Origin: Anaerolineae bacterium
Lineage (GTDB): Bacteria; Chloroflexota; Anaerolineae; JAAYZQ01
Reading direction: 5' to 3'
Length of the DNA: 64,000 nt
Assembly: GCA_034428935.1 (NCBI GenBank)
Contig: DAOUHB010000003.1
Location: 974-64,973 of the forward strand
In this document: positions 37,271 through 47,647 of the stretch, in pieces
How the letters are laid out: each line of letters begins with the position of its first letter
How positions within the stretch are numbered: the first letter of the stretch is position 1
Program-made: the position numbers and the translations under genes
Notes under the pieces: model-generated
The model's input: the letters and a program-made list of their open reading frames with translations, nothing else
What the model was told of the DNA's origin: nothing
Database searches by the model: none

Positions 37271-37645
37271 CTATTCGCGAAACCCGGCCTCCAGATTCTC
37301 TGCCAGGGTCAGGACAAGGATGCGCTCCCCTGTCCGGATGCTCAGATCGCTGTGCAAGCTGATCATCGATACACCGGTTATGGTCTCGATGGCCTCTTCC
37401 ACGACGGCCCGGCTGGTCTCTATCAGGCGGTTTCGCAGTTGCTTGAGCAAATGCCGTCCATTGGGATCGCCGGTCAACCTCTCCTCGGCTGGGATCAGCA
37501 CACCTTTCAGTCGAATTAGAATCAGATCTTCGACGATCCAGACCCGCACCTCCTTGGGTCCCCGCCCCATCTGCTCTCGCTCAAAACCGGTGATCATGGC
37601 CGCAATCTGGGCCTCTACCTGGCCTTTGGTTTGTCGTGTTGGCAT
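37271..37645 (-). CDS. DUF2294 domain protein
   Basis: The sequence MPTRQTKGQVEAQIAAMITGFEREQMGRGPKEVRVWIVEDLILIRLKGVL...SLHSDLSIRTGERILVLTL matches my memory of the DUF2294 pattern. Confidence 0.78.
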   Translation of the reverse strand: MPTRQTKGQVEAQIAAMITGFEREQMGRGPKEVRVWIVEDLILIRLKGVLIPAEERLTGDPNGRHLLKQLRNRLIETSRAVVEEAIETITGVSMISLHSDLSIRTGERILVLTLAENLEAGFRE

Positions 37646-37911
37646 TTCGTCTTCCTCGCAGAGTTTCCAGGATAGGCCTTCCCGGCCGGGTCGCACCAGG
37701 CGCGCCACGCACGACCGTTCGGCAGCGGGTGCGCGCTGCGCTGCTGCCTCGAGGCGACATCACGGACCACGGATGAGAGTCATCGTCTGGCAAGCATTAT
37801 ACAATGATCTGAAGATGGGGGCAAGACGCTGGCCGAGCTGCTCAACCTCAGAGGTTCTATTCGGCCTCGCCCGGGCCCTGCCGGAGGCGAGAAATCCAAC
37901 ACAGCCTTGAC

Positions 37912-37940
37912 TTGATTTGGGGTCACTGACATGATAAAAT
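37912..37940 (+). promoter_or_regulatory. promoter candidate (TTGATT-17-TGa-TAAAAT) about 175 nt upstream of the ABC exporter
   Basis: The hexamers and spacer were counted by hand in an AT-richer intergenic region. Confidence 0.4.
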
Positions 37941-38117
37941 ACCGTTACTGGTAGCAGCATCAACAATCCTTGCATCCGCACCGTCGAATAGGCTGTTCAT
38001 AGCAGAACTGTTTTGCCTTTCGTGCGTATAGGTCAATAAGGACATAAGAAGCCGAGGAGGCCCCAGATAGGGGCCTGGGACGCGGTGCATGGCTTGTCGT
38101 GTTCAAGGGGGGATGGG

Positions 38118-39044
38118 ATGAAGACGCAGAATGACCTGGTGGTTTGCGTGCGCAATCTGGTCAAGCACTATCCCGGAGTCAGGGCCGTGGACGATGTCTC
38201 TTTTGACGTCTGCCAGGGCGAGATCTTTGGGATGGTGGGTCCAAACGGCGCAGGCAAGACCACGACGATCGAGTGCCTGGAGGGACTGCGCCGGCCCGAC
38301 GGCGGAATGGTCCAGGTGTTGGGCCTGGACCCCTTGAAAGATCGCTATCAACTGCGAGAACGGATCGGCGTCCAGTTTCAGTCGGCTGCCCTGCCCGATC
38401 GCATCAAGGTCTGGGAAGCACTGGACCTCTTTGCTTCCTTCTACCCCCGCTCGTTGGACTGGCATCTGCTGCTGGAGCAGATGGGGCTGGCAGAGAAAAG
38501 AGATGCCTACTTTGCCAAGCTCTCGGGCGGGCAGAAACAGCGGGTCTTTATCGCGTTGGCGCTGGTCAACGTCCCCGACCTGGTCTTCCTCGACGAGCTG
38601 ACCACCGGCCTGGACCCCCAGGCCCGGCGTGCGATGTGGGACCAGGTGCGGTCCATCCGCGAGCGAGGCACCACCGTTTATCTCACGACCCATTTCATGG
38701 AGGAAGCGGAGCGCCTGTGCGACCGGGTGGCAATTGTTGACCACGGCCAGCTCGTTGCCCTGGACGCACCTCAGAACCTGATCGCTTCGCTGGGCGCGGA
38801 AAACCGCGTCGTCTTTGAGGCGGAAGGACGCCTGGACGTGGAGTCGCTGCGCGCTGTTCCGGGCGTCGGCCGGGTTGAGCGAATCGGCGAGAGAGTTGTG
38901 GTTTATGGGCAAAAGGACGGGCTGGTTAGCGGCGTGGTAAACGCCCTCGAGGCTGGGGGCATTCGCTTTGAAAACCTGCGCACTGAGCAGCCAACGTTGG
39001 AAGACGTATTCCTGGCTCTGACCGGGAAAGAGATGCGCAGCTAG
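38118..39044 (+). CDS. ABC transporter ATP-binding protein (ABC-2/DrrA-type exporter)
   Basis: It has GPNGAGKTTT, LSGGQKQRV and FLDELTTGLD. Confidence 0.9.
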   Translation: MKTQNDLVVCVRNLVKHYPGVRAVDDVSFDVCQGEIFGMVGPNGAGKTTTIECLEGLRRPDGGMVQVLGLDPLKDRYQLRERIGVQFQSAALPDRIKVWEALDLFASFYPRSLDWHLLLEQMGLAEKRDAYFAKLSGGQKQRVFIALALVNVPDLVFLDELTTGLDPQARRAMWDQVRSIRERGTTVYLTTHFMEEAERLCDRVAIVDHGQLVALDAPQNLIASLGAENRVVFEAEGRLDVESLRAVPGVGRVERIGERVVVYGQKDGLVSGVVNALEAGGIRFENLRTEQPTLEDVFLALTGKEMRS

Positions 39045-39054
39045 GAGGCATCCC

Positions 39055-39798
39055 ATGGTTGGCTTTCGAAAACTGACGCTCGTACAGGCCAAACTCTATC
39101 TCAGAGAGCCCATGTCCGCGTTTTTCACACTGCTTTTTGGTCCATCCCTGCTACTGCTGCTTGGCTTTATCTTTGGGAACGAGCCCAGTCCGGCGACCGG
39201 CGGTCTGGGTTACCTGGATCAATCCGTACCGGCCTATATGGCCATTATCATCGGCATTGTGGGGTTGACAGCCGTGCCTATCACCAGCGCAACCCGACGG
39301 GAGATGGGCGTGCTGCGCCGTTTCTCGGCCACCCCACTGCGTCCGCTTGCCTATTTTCTAACGGATGTGCTCGTGCCCTTTCTGATCACTCTGTTGGGCA
39401 TCCTGCTTCTGGTACTGGTGGGTGCAGTTGTCTTTCGCGTTCGCTTTGAGGGCAACCTGCTCAGCCTGTTTGCGGGTATTGCCCTGGGCGCGTGTGCCTT
39501 TTTCGCCCTGGGCTATGCCCTGGTCGGGCTGGTTCCCAGCGCCCGTGCCGTAACGCTCATCGGCAATGTAGTCCTTTATCCGCTGATGATCTTTTCCGGG
39601 TCCGTCGTCCCATTGGAGGTCATGCCCGACGCGGTACAGTCCATCTCTCGCTTTCTGCCCCTCACCCACTTGGTGACTTTTCTGCGAGGCCTGTGGTCGG
39701 GAAACGGCTGGGGCGAGCACCTCGTCGAGGTGGCCGTCCTGGCCGGCATCGCCATCCTTGGGACGCTGATCATCGCCCGAACCTTCCGCTGGGAATAA
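39055..39798 (+). CDS. ABC-2 type transporter permease
   Basis: It has six predicted TM segments and follows the ATPase after AGGAGG. Confidence 0.85.
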   Translation: MVGFRKLTLVQAKLYLREPMSAFFTLLFGPSLLLLLGFIFGNEPSPATGGLGYLDQSVPAYMAIIIGIVGLTAVPITSATRREMGVLRRFSATPLRPLAYFLTDVLVPFLITLLGILLLVLVGAVVFRVRFEGNLLSLFAGIALGACAFFALGYALVGLVPSARAVTLIGNVVLYPLMIFSGSVVPLEVMPDAVQSISRFLPLTHLVTFLRGLWSGNGWGEHLVEVAVLAGIAILGTLIIARTFRWE

Positions 39799-39847
39799 GG
39801 CCGTCGCTCTCCTCTCCCCCAGCCAAAGGACGGCAGGGAACCGAATA

Positions 39848-39895
39848 GAGCCTCTCCCCCCTCCCTCCCAGGGAAGGGGGGGCCGGGGGGGTTGG
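39848..39895. repeat. GC-rich REP-like element, copy 2
   Basis: The sequence gagcctctcccccctccctcccagggaagggggggccggggggg aligns by eye with 1183-1229. Confidence 0.5.
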
Positions 39896-39901
39896 GTCCA
39901 T

Positions 39902-39930
39902 TTGCCCGGCCGCGCAGAAGATGATATAAT
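39902..39930 (+). promoter_or_regulatory. promoter candidate for gatCA (TTGCCC-17-TGa-TATAAT)
   Basis: The hexamers and spacer were counted by hand. Confidence 0.5.
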
Positions 39931-39969
39931 ACCCCCGCTTTCATTTCTGATCTCGTGTACGGTGAGCCC

Positions 39970-40266
39970 ATGAAGCTAAGCCTGGCCGAGGTAGAACACG
40001 TTGCCGATCTGGCCCGCCTGGCACTGACCGCCGCGGAAAAGGATCGCTTCCGCGAACAACTTTCGTCCATCCTGGCCTATGCCGAGCGCCTCCAGGAGCC
40101 GGACACCACCGGCATTCCCCCGACTGCCGCGGTGTTGCCCCTGACTAACGTCCTGCGCGACGACGAGGTGCGGCCCAGCCTGCCCATTGAAGACGTCCTG
40201 GCCAACGCCCCAGAGGCCGAGGAGCGCTTTTTCCGCGTGCCTGTGGTGCTCGAGGACCAGGAATGA
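39970..40266 (+). CDS. gatC: Asp/Glu-tRNA amidotransferase subunit C
   Basis: The sequence is [41 protein letters not shown]. Confidence 0.9.
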   Translation: MKLSLAEVEHVADLARLALTAAEKDRFREQLSSILAYAERLQEPDTTGIPPTAAVLPLTNVLRDDEVRPSLPIEDVLANAPEAEERFFRVPVVLEDQE

Positions 40267-41765
40267 GCAATCTGCCAGCCCTGTCCATCGTCGAGGCCGC
40301 GGCGCTCTTGCGCCGCGGCGAGATCACGTCCGTCGAGCTGGTGGAGGCCATCCTGGAGCGCATCTATGCGCTGGACAACGATGTGCGCGCCTACCTCACC
40401 CTGGCGCCCGATATGGCCCTCGAACAGGCCGCCGAAGCCGACCGGCGCCGCGCGGCCGAGGCCGACCCTCCAGCCTTGCTGGGCATCCCGCTGGCCATCA
40501 AGGATGTCATCTGCGTTGAGGGTTTGACGACTACTTGTGGGTCCCGCATCCTGGAGGACTATGTCCCACCCTTCAGCGCGACCGTCGTCGAAAGGCTGCG
40601 GGAAGCGGGTGCCGTCATCCTGGGCAAGACCAACACCGACGAGTTTGCCATGGGCTCCTCCACGGAAAACTCGGCCTATTTCGCCACCCGCAACCCCTGG
40701 GACCTGGAGCGGGTGCCGGGTGGCTCCAGCGGCGGCAGTGCGGCTGCCGTGGCGGCGGGCATGGCCCCGGGTGCCCTGGGCTCCGACACGGGCGGCAGCG
40801 TGCGCCAGCCGGCCGCACTGTGCGGCGTCGTCGGCCTGAAGCCCACGTACGGCCGCGTCAGCCGCTGGGGATTGGTGGCCTTTGCGTCCTCTCTCGACCA
40901 GATTGGGCCCCTGACCCGCACCGTGGGCGACGCTGCCCTCCTCCTGAAGGCCATTGCCGGATATGACGACCGCGACTCGACCTCCGTCCAGGCCCCGGTG
41001 CCCGACTATACCGAGCTGGGCGACGGCCTGCGCGGGCTGCGCATCGGCGTGCCACGCGAATATTTCGTGGCGGGCATCGAGCCCCAGGTGGAGGCGGCCG
41101 TGCGAGTCGCCGTCGAGACGCTCGTGGATCTGGGCGCGCGCGTGGTGGATGTTAGCCTGCCCAACACAGAGTACGCGCTGCCCGTCTATTACCTGGTGGC
41201 CCCTGCCGAGGCCTCGGCCAACCTGGCCCGCTACGACGGCATGCGCTTTGGACTGTCGCTGCGGGAAGAAGAGGAAGACGGCGCCACCGTGCCGGATCTG
41301 TGGGACACCTATTGCCGGACGCGCGGCCAGGGCTTTGGCCCCGAGGTCAAGCGACGCATTATGCTCGGCACCTATGCCCTCTCCGCCGGCTACTATGACG
41401 CCTACTACCTGCGCGCCAGCCAGGTGCGGACCCTCATCCGCCGCGATTTCGATCAGGCGCTGGAGAGTTGCGACGTCCTGGTGGCGCCCACCACGCCCCG
41501 CACCGCCTTCAAGCTGGGCGAAAAGGTGGACGATCCACTGCAAATGTACCTGGAGGACATCTATACCCTGGCCCTGTCACTGGCCGGCCTGCCCGGGCTG
41601 TCGCTGCCCTGCGGCTTTGACGCCGCCGGGCTGCCCATCGGCCTGCAGATCATGGGCCGGGCCTTTGACGAGGCCACTATCTTGAGCGTGGCCCACGCCT
41701 ACGAACAGGCCAGTGACTGGCACACCAGGTGGCCGCCCCTTGCCCTCTCTGGCGAAGGAGGGTAG
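40263..41765 (+). CDS. gatA: Asp/Glu-tRNA amidotransferase subunit A
   Basis: It has the amidase signature [14 protein letters not shown] and an ATGA overlap with gatC. Confidence 0.95.
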   Translation: MSNLPALSIVEAAALLRRGEITSVELVEAILERIYALDNDVRAYLTLAPDMALEQAAEADRRRAAEADPPALLGIPLAIKDVICVEGLTTTCGSRILEDYVPPFSATVVERLREAGAVILGKTNTDEFAMGSSTENSAYFATRNPWDLERVPGGSSGGSAAAVAAGMAPGALGSDTGGSVRQPAALCGVVGLKPTYGRVSRWGLVAFASSLDQIGPLTRTVGDAALLLKAIAGYDDRDSTSVQAPVPDYTELGDGLRGLRIGVPREYFVAGIEPQVEAAVRVAVETLVDLGARVVDVSLPNTEYALPVYYLVAPAEASANLARYDGMRFGLSLREEEEDGATVPDLWDTYCRTRGQGFGPEVKRRIMLGTYALSAGYYDAYYLRASQVRTLIRRDFDQALESCDVLVAPTTPRTAFKLGEKVDDPLQMYLEDIYTLALSLAGLPGLSLPCGFDAAGLPIGLQIMGRAFDEATILSVAHAYEQASDWHTRWPPLALSGEGG

Positions 41766-41828
41766 CCTGTCCGTTTCCTGGGTGCCGGTTGTGCACGAAC
41801 TCACATCTCTCGGAGGGTTACGAACGCT

Positions 41829-42836
41829 ATGAAAGTTATCATCCCCCTGGCGGGATTCGGCAAGAGAATGAGACCTCACACCTGGTCCAAGCCCAAGCCC
41901 CTGGTAAATATCGCCGGCAAGCCGGTCCTGGGCCACGTCCTCGACAAGCTCGCGGATCTTGACGTCGAGGTGGACGAGCTGATCTTTATCGTCGGCTGGC
42001 TGGGAGAACAGATCGAGGAGTACTATACCGCCGCCGGCTATCCCTATCCGGCCCGCTACGTGGAGCAGAGGGAGCTTCTGGGCCAGGCCCATGCCATCTG
42101 GCTGGCCCGCGAGGCGCTGGAAGGGCCGGCCCTCATTATCTTTGTGGACACCATCTTTGAGGCCGATCTGTGCGACCTGGAGACCTCGGGGCTCGATGGC
42201 GTCCTCTACGTGCGCGAAGTGGACGATCCCCGGCGCTTTGGCGTTGCCATCCTCGACGACGAGGGCATGGTCACGCGACTGGTGGAAAAGCCGGCGGGCA
42301 TGGACAACCGCCTGGCCGTCGTGGGCGTGTACTATGTCCACGATTCCGAACGGCTAATCCGCGCCATCGAGGAGCTGATGGAGCGCAACATCCAGACCAA
42401 GGGCGAGTATTACCTGGCCGATGCCTTCAGCCTGATGATCGAGGAGGGCGCTCGCTTTGGGGTGCGCGAGGTCTCGGTGTGGGAGGACACGGGCACCCCC
42501 CAGGCTGTGCTCCAGACCAACCGCTATCTGCTGGAGCACGGCAGCGACAACGGCGGGAAGGTGGCCGCTTACAATTCGGTCATTATCCCGCCGGTGTACA
42601 TCGCCGACTCGGCCCGCGTGGAGCATTCCATCGTCGGCCCGTACGTCACCGTGGCCGAGCATGCCGTGGTGAGGAACTCGATCGTGCGCGACTCGATCAT
42701 CGGCGAGGCGGCCTATCTCGACTGCACCATGCTGGAGGGCTCGCTCATCGGCCACGAAGCCGTGGTGCGCGAGCGCGCCCGGGTGCTCAACGTCGGCGAC
42801 TCGTCCCAGGTGGACCTCTCGCCTTTTGACGACTGA
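41829..42836 (+). CDS. sugar-1-phosphate nucleotidyltransferase with a C-terminal hexapeptide-repeat domain
   Basis: The N-terminus is MKVIIPLAGFGKRMRPHTWSKPKPLVNIAGKPVLGHVLD. Confidence 0.85.
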   Translation: MKVIIPLAGFGKRMRPHTWSKPKPLVNIAGKPVLGHVLDKLADLDVEVDELIFIVGWLGEQIEEYYTAAGYPYPARYVEQRELLGQAHAIWLAREALEGPALIIFVDTIFEADLCDLETSGLDGVLYVREVDDPRRFGVAILDDEGMVTRLVEKPAGMDNRLAVVGVYYVHDSERLIRAIEELMERNIQTKGEYYLADAFSLMIEEGARFGVREVSVWEDTGTPQAVLQTNRYLLEHGSDNGGKVAAYNSVIIPPVYIADSARVEHSIVGPYVTVAEHAVVRNSIVRDSIIGEAAYLDCTMLEGSLIGHEAVVRERARVLNVGDSSQVDLSPFDD

Positions 42837-42840
42837 CGAG

Positions 42841-43065
42841 ATGCCCGGCAAGGTCGAATGTCACTCGGGGCATACCTATGCCCAGGAGCCGCGGGCCTTT
42901 GCCTGGGAGGGACAGATGCTCACGGTCGACGAGGTTCTTGACCGCTGGCGGCTGCCGGCGGGTCCAACGTTCCGGGTTCGGACCGCTGCCGGGCAGGTCT
43001 TCGACCTGCACTATGCGGAGGCCGAGGACCAATGGTACATCCGTCCCCTTGGAGGGGAGTCGTGA
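42841..43065 (+). CDS. small hypothetical protein (74 aa)
   Basis: ATG 42841 lies just after the upstream stop. The sequence is MPGKVECHSGHTYAQEPRAFAWEGQ.... Confidence 0.5.
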   Translation: MPGKVECHSGHTYAQEPRAFAWEGQMLTVDEVLDRWRLPAGPTFRVRTAAGQVFDLHYAEAEDQWYIRPLGGES

Positions 43066-43113
43066 TCCCATCGTCGCTGCTGGGAATAACCTGACAAAGG
43101 AGGTCTAAGGAGA

Positions 43114-44274
43114 ATGAGGAGCTTTGTTTCCAGGAAGGTCCAGGCGGTGCCCCCCTCTGGCATCCGTCGTTTCTTTGACATCGCGGCCACCATGGACGAC
43201 GTTATCTCCCTGGGGATCGGCGAGCCGGACTTTGTCACACCCGAAGCGGTGCTTCGGGCGGGCGCCGACTCGCTGCTGGCCGGCGAGACACACTACACGT
43301 CCAACTCGGGCATCCGCGAGCTGCGCCTCGCCCTGGCCGAGCAACTGGCGCGGCTCTATGGCGTGGAGTACGATCCGGAGACCGAGCTGCTCATCACGGT
43401 CGGCGTCTCCGAAGCCCTGTACCTGGTCTTTGCCGCCACGCTGGACCAGGGTGACGAGGTCCTGGTGCCCGAGCCCTGCTTTGTGGCCTACAACCCGGAA
43501 GTGATCTTTGCCGGGGGAGTGCCCGTCAACATCTGCACCAGCGTGGAAAGCGACTTTCAGCTCCTTGCGGCGGACGTAGAGGCTGCCATCACGCCCAAGA
43601 CCAAGGCCCTCCTCCTGGGCTACCCCAACAACCCCACGGGCGCGGTGATGACCCGCCAGCGCCTGCTGGAGGTGGCGCAGGTGGCAGAAAAGCACGACCT
43701 GCTGGTCATCTCGGACGAGATCTATGACCGGTTGGTATACGGCATCGAGCACACCTGCTTTCCCACCTTGCCCGGCATGCGCCAGCGCACGGTGCTCCTC
43801 GGCGGCTTTTCCAAGTCCTACGCCATGACCGGCTGGCGAATCGGCTACGCGGCCGGCCCGGCCGAGATCCTGGGCGCCATGCGCAAGGTGCACCAGTACA
43901 CCATCATGTCGGCGCCCACCGTGGCGCAGCACGCCGCGCTGGAAGCCCTGCTCCACGGCGAGGATGCGGTGGAAGAGATGCGCGCCGAGTACGACCGCCG
44001 CCGGCGGCTCATCGTCGACGGGTTGAACGCCATCGGCCTGGACTGCTTTGAGCCGCGGGGCGCCTTCTATGCCTTCCCGTCCATCGCCGCCACCGGCATG
44101 AGCGACGAGGTCTTTTCGGAGCGCCTGATCATGGAGGAGAAGGTGGCCTGCGTGCCCGGCAGTGCTTTCGGGGCTTGCGGCCAGGGACACGTGCGCTGCT
44201 CCTATGCCACTGCTTACGAAAAGATCGAAGAGGCGCTGGAGCGCATGGCGCGGTTTGCCCGGCGCCATGGCTAG
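43114..44274 (+). CDS. class I/II pyridoxal-phosphate aminotransferase (aspartate aminotransferase-like)
   Basis: It has PPSGIRRFFD, NNPTGAV and the SFSKSYAMTGWRIGY lysine motif. Confidence 0.9.
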   Translation: MRSFVSRKVQAVPPSGIRRFFDIAATMDDVISLGIGEPDFVTPEAVLRAGADSLLAGETHYTSNSGIRELRLALAEQLARLYGVEYDPETELLITVGVSEALYLVFAATLDQGDEVLVPEPCFVAYNPEVIFAGGVPVNICTSVESDFQLLAADVEAAITPKTKALLLGYPNNPTGAVMTRQRLLEVAQVAEKHDLLVISDEIYDRLVYGIEHTCFPTLPGMRQRTVLLGGFSKSYAMTGWRIGYAAGPAEILGAMRKVHQYTIMSAPTVAQHAALEALLHGEDAVEEMRAEYDRRRRLIVDGLNAIGLDCFEPRGAFYAFPSIAATGMSDEVFSERLIMEEKVACVPGSAFGACGQGHVRCSYATAYEKIEEALERMARFARRHG

Positions 44275-44338
44275 AGCGCGGAACCGGCTGCCCGGCGGAT
44301 ATCGCTCTACACAGCCTATCACGCAGGAGTGTGATTAG

Positions 44339-45004
44339 ATGACCGAAACTGGCCGCCCTGGCCGGGTATTTGAATCGACGCACCCGCTGGTGCGGCACAA
44401 GCTGAGCGTCCTCCGCCAGGCAGACACGGGGGTGCGGCGCTTTCGGGAGCTGGCCTGGGAGCTGACGACGCTCCTGGCCTACGAGGCCCTGGCCGACCTG
44501 GCCGTCGTGGAAAAGACCATCGTGACGCCCCTGGCCGAGACCACGGGCTATGCACTGAAGGAGCGCGTAGCCCTGGTGCCGGTCCTGCGCGCCGGGCTGG
44601 GCATGGTCGACCCCATCTGGAACCTGCTGCCCGAGGCGCAGATCGGCCACATCGGTCTCTATCGCGACGAAGAAACGCTGGAGCCCATCGAGTACTATAG
44701 CAAGCTGCCTCCCGCCAGCCAGGTGGACGTCTGCCTTGTGCTGGATCCCATGCTCGCCACCGGGGGCTCGGCCGTGGCCGCTTGCAACCTTCTAACCCGG
44801 TCGGGCATCCACCGGATCAAGTATCTGGGGCTCATCGCCGCCCCGGAGGGCATCGCCCGGCTGCACGCGGCCCATCCCGGCGTCGACATACACGTCGCCG
44901 GCGTCGATTGCTGCCTCAACGACAAGGGCTACATCGTCCCTGGCCTTGGAGATGCCGGAGACCGGCTCTTTGGCACCAAGGCCGACGACGCCCGCGTTCA
45001 ATGA
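44339..45004 (+). CDS. upp: uracil phosphoribosyltransferase
   Basis: It has HPLVRHKLSVLR and the PRPP loop LVLDPMLATGGSA. Confidence 0.9.
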   Translation: MTETGRPGRVFESTHPLVRHKLSVLRQADTGVRRFRELAWELTTLLAYEALADLAVVEKTIVTPLAETTGYALKERVALVPVLRAGLGMVDPIWNLLPEAQIGHIGLYRDEETLEPIEYYSKLPPASQVDVCLVLDPMLATGGSAVAACNLLTRSGIHRIKYLGLIAAPEGIARLHAAHPGVDIHVAGVDCCLNDKGYIVPGLGDAGDRLFGTKADDARVQ

Positions 45005-45024
45005 AGGAAAGAGGATAGAAGCGG

Positions 45025-45471
45025 TTGAACAAAGAACTTCAGCGTCCCTCCTGGGACGACTATTTCATGCAGATCACGTTGCAGGTCGCCAGGAGGAGCA
45101 CCTGCCCGCGGGCGGCCGTCGGTGCCGTCCTCGTCCGCGACAAGCGCATCCTGACCACGGGCTACAACGGCGCCCCGGCAGGGCTGCCCCACTGCACAGA
45201 GGCCGGCTGCCTGATGGTCAACGGCCACTGTGTGCGCACGCTCCACGCCGAGCAGAACGCCATCATCCAGGGCGCCCTCCACGGCGTGGACGTCTCGGGC
45301 AGCACCCTGTACGTTACCCATCAGCCTTGCCTGGTGTGCGCCAAGATGATCATCAACGCCGGAATCGAGCGCGTGGTGTACGGCGGCGAATATCCGGACG
45401 AGATTGCGCGGGGATTCCTGGAGCAGGCCGGCATCAGCCTGGAGCACTATAACTCTGGCCTGACGCCATAG
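45025..45471 (+). CDS. dCMP deaminase (ComEB family)
   Basis: It has the HAEQNAI and PCLVCAKMI zinc motifs and a TTG start after AAGGAAAGAGGA. Confidence 0.9.
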   Translation: MNKELQRPSWDDYFMQITLQVARRSTCPRAAVGAVLVRDKRILTTGYNGAPAGLPHCTEAGCLMVNGHCVRTLHAEQNAIIQGALHGVDVSGSTLYVTHQPCLVCAKMIINAGIERVVYGGEYPDEIARGFLEQAGISLEHYNSGLTP

Positions 45472-45474
45472 ACG

Positions 45475-45516
45475 ATGAAAAAAGCGCCGCAGGAGCTACC
45501 GGCTCTTGCGGCGCTT
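45475..45516 (-). terminator. rho-independent terminator of the M50 protease gene (hairpin also usable from the plus strand)
   Basis: The stem aagcgccgca/tgcggcgctt (45482-91 and 45507-16) is followed on the minus strand by tttttt. Confidence 0.65.
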
Positions 45517-45527
45517 CGGGGGGGTGC

Positions 45528-46631
45528 TTACTTTTGCGCGAACTGCATCAGGCGTTCGCGCCCCACGAGCCCGATCATGCGGCTGCCGTCCGTCACGGGC
45601 AGCAGGCTCAGGCCGTCTTCCATCATCCGCTCCAGGACGTCGTAGGCTGACTCGCCGGCATTGGCCGGCTTGAGGTTGCTCAGGGGGGTCATGATCTGGC
45701 GGATGGGCGTCCCACCCCAGCGTTGCCGGGGCACCTGGCGGATCTGGCCTAGCGTGGCCACACCCTCGGTATCGTAGCCGTCGGTCACCAGGAAGCAGTT
45801 TTGCCCCTCAGGCACCACATAGTCGCGCACCACCCAATCCAGGCTCAGGTTGCTGTGCACCGGCTGGCAGAGGTTGCCGGCAAAGTCGCCCGCGGTAAAG
45901 CCCTCCAGGGCCTCGCGCACGCGCACCTGGCTGATTGCCTGGCCCGCGGCATTGCCCAGGAACCAGCCGATAAAGCCCAGCCACAGGCCGCTTGCCCAGT
46001 TGCCCAGGATAAACATCACCCCACCACCCAGCATCATGAGCACGCTCATAAGCCGGCCGGCGTTGGCGGCCCAGCGCGTGGCGCGGTTCATGTTGCCCGT
46101 CAGACCCCAAACCAGCGAGCGAAAGACGCGCCCGCCGTCGAGGGGAAATCCGGGGATCATGTTGAACACGGCAAGGGACAGGTTAATGGCCCCCAGGTAG
46201 AGCCCCAGGCCCGCCATGGGCGCCAGCTCCAACGCCTCTCCACCCAGCCAGACTGCGCCAAAGGCCAGGGCCAGGAGCAGACTGGAGATGGGCCCCGCAA
46301 TGGCGATGAGAAACTCGGACAGAGGGCGGTCGGGCTCGCGGGAGATGTGGGCGACGCCGCCAAAAATGAACAGGGTGATGCTCTTGACCGGCACGCCCCA
46401 TGCCAGGGCCACCGCGCTGTGTGCCAGCTCGTGGGCCAGAACGGACCCAAAGAACAACAGGCTGGTCACTACACCCAAGGTCGCATACGCGGCCGTCTCC
46501 CAGCCAGGGTAGCGCGCTGGAAAATAGCCCGTGGCCAGCGACAGGGTAACCAGGGCAAACACGATAAACCAGCTATAATTGACCCCAATGGGGATCCCCA
46601 TGATCTTGCCAATTCGCAATGAGCTTTCCAA
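45528..46631 (-). CDS. site-2 (M50) zinc metalloprotease with tandem CBS domains
   Basis: It has HELAHS and FPLDGGRV, is multi-TM and has a C-terminal CBS pair. Confidence 0.9.
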   Translation of the reverse strand: MESSLRIGKIMGIPIGVNYSWFIVFALVTLSLATGYFPARYPGWETAAYATLGVVTSLLFFGSVLAHELAHSAVALAWGVPVKSITLFIFGGVAHISREPDRPLSEFLIAIAGPISSLLLALAFGAVWLGGEALELAPMAGLGLYLGAINLSLAVFNMIPGFPLDGGRVFRSLVWGLTGNMNRATRWAANAGRLMSVLMMLGGGVMFILGNWASGLWLGFIGWFLGNAAGQAISQVRVREALEGFTAGDFAGNLCQPVHSNLSLDWVVRDYVVPEGQNCFLVTDGYDTEGVATLGQIRQVPRQRWGGTPIRQIMTPLSNLKPANAGESAYDVLERMMEDGLSLLPVTDGSRMIGLVGRERLMQFAQK

Positions 46632-46767
46632 GGCTCACCATCCTCTCATTCTCATCATTCTCAATCGTCGGCCGGCGCGGTTCCGTGCCGGGTCCTGTAA
46701 TTACCAAGAATTTTATCACAAATTCGTTAGAGGAGTATTATCGCCGCGTTAGAGTTTCGTTAAATGC

Positions 46768-46795
46768 TTGCAATTTCGCGTCGCTGTGGTATAAT
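46768..46795 (+). promoter_or_regulatory. promoter candidate (TTGCAA-16-TGg-TATAAT) with a ~125-nt leader before the Yip1 pair
   Basis: The hexamers and spacer were counted by hand in an AT-richer intergenic region. Confidence 0.5.
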
Positions 46796-46924
46796 GACAA
46801 TCCACTGGCGTAGCAATATCACCATGGCTGAAGCGGGTAACCATCGACGCGCAGGAAGGGGGTGGTCCGTCCGCAGAACGCGCGCTCTGAAGCTCGTTTC
46901 CACTTGACAGAAAGGAGAAAGCAT

Positions 46925-47647
46925 ATGGACAGTCTTGTGGGCTCCCTGCGGTTGGGGTGGCAGGCTCTCCTCCTGAGAGAAGAGGCGTACGATAGGATGC
47001 GCGCTGCCGCCAGCCCCGTCGTCAAGGGACTCGTCTTTATCCTCGTCCTCGGGCTTGCCATCGCCCTCCTCGGGTTCATCGGCAATGTCCTTGAATGGGC
47101 GACGACACCCGACTTGGTGGCCATCAAGGACACGGTCTTTGAGCACCTGACCCAGATGCCCTGGTGGGAGATGGCCGGGGGTGGCAGTCCCGAGTTCCGC
47201 CAGCAGTTTCAACGCTGGTACGACTGGAGCTGGAACCTGGGCCTGACCCTGGGTGGGCCCAACCTCGGCTACTCGGCGGCGAACATTGTCCTCATACCCC
47301 TGGGCCTCGTCGCGCGCTGGCTGATCTATGGCCTGCTGGCTTATGTCTTTGCCCGCTGGTTGGGCGGCACCGCCGACCTGAGCGAGACGCTGGGCGTCCT
47401 GGCCCTGGCAGCCGCGCCCCAGGTCTTGCGCGCCCTGACCATTCTTCCCTACGTCGGCGTGGGCAGCCTGATCGCCATCTGGGGTATTCTGTGCGCCTAC
47501 GTGGGCCTCAAGACGGCCCATAACCTGCCCTGGCACCGAGCAGTGTGGGCCACACTGCTGCCCTTCCTGCTGGCCCTGCTCGTCCTGCTTCTCGCCGCGT
47601 GCCTGGGCAGTGCCATATTCGCCATCGCGGTCAGAGGAGGTTCGTGA
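46925..47647 (+). CDS. Yip1-family multi-pass membrane protein, paralog 1
   Basis: ATG 46925 follows GAAAGGAGAA. It has 5 TM segments and a Yip1-like N-terminal amphipathic region. Confidence 0.7.
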   Translation: MDSLVGSLRLGWQALLLREEAYDRMRAAASPVVKGLVFILVLGLAIALLGFIGNVLEWATTPDLVAIKDTVFEHLTQMPWWEMAGGGSPEFRQQFQRWYDWSWNLGLTLGGPNLGYSAANIVLIPLGLVARWLIYGLLAYVFARWLGGTADLSETLGVLALAAAPQVLRALTILPYVGVGSLIAIWGILCAYVGLKTAHNLPWHRAVWATLLPFLLALLVLLLAACLGSAIFAIAVRGGS

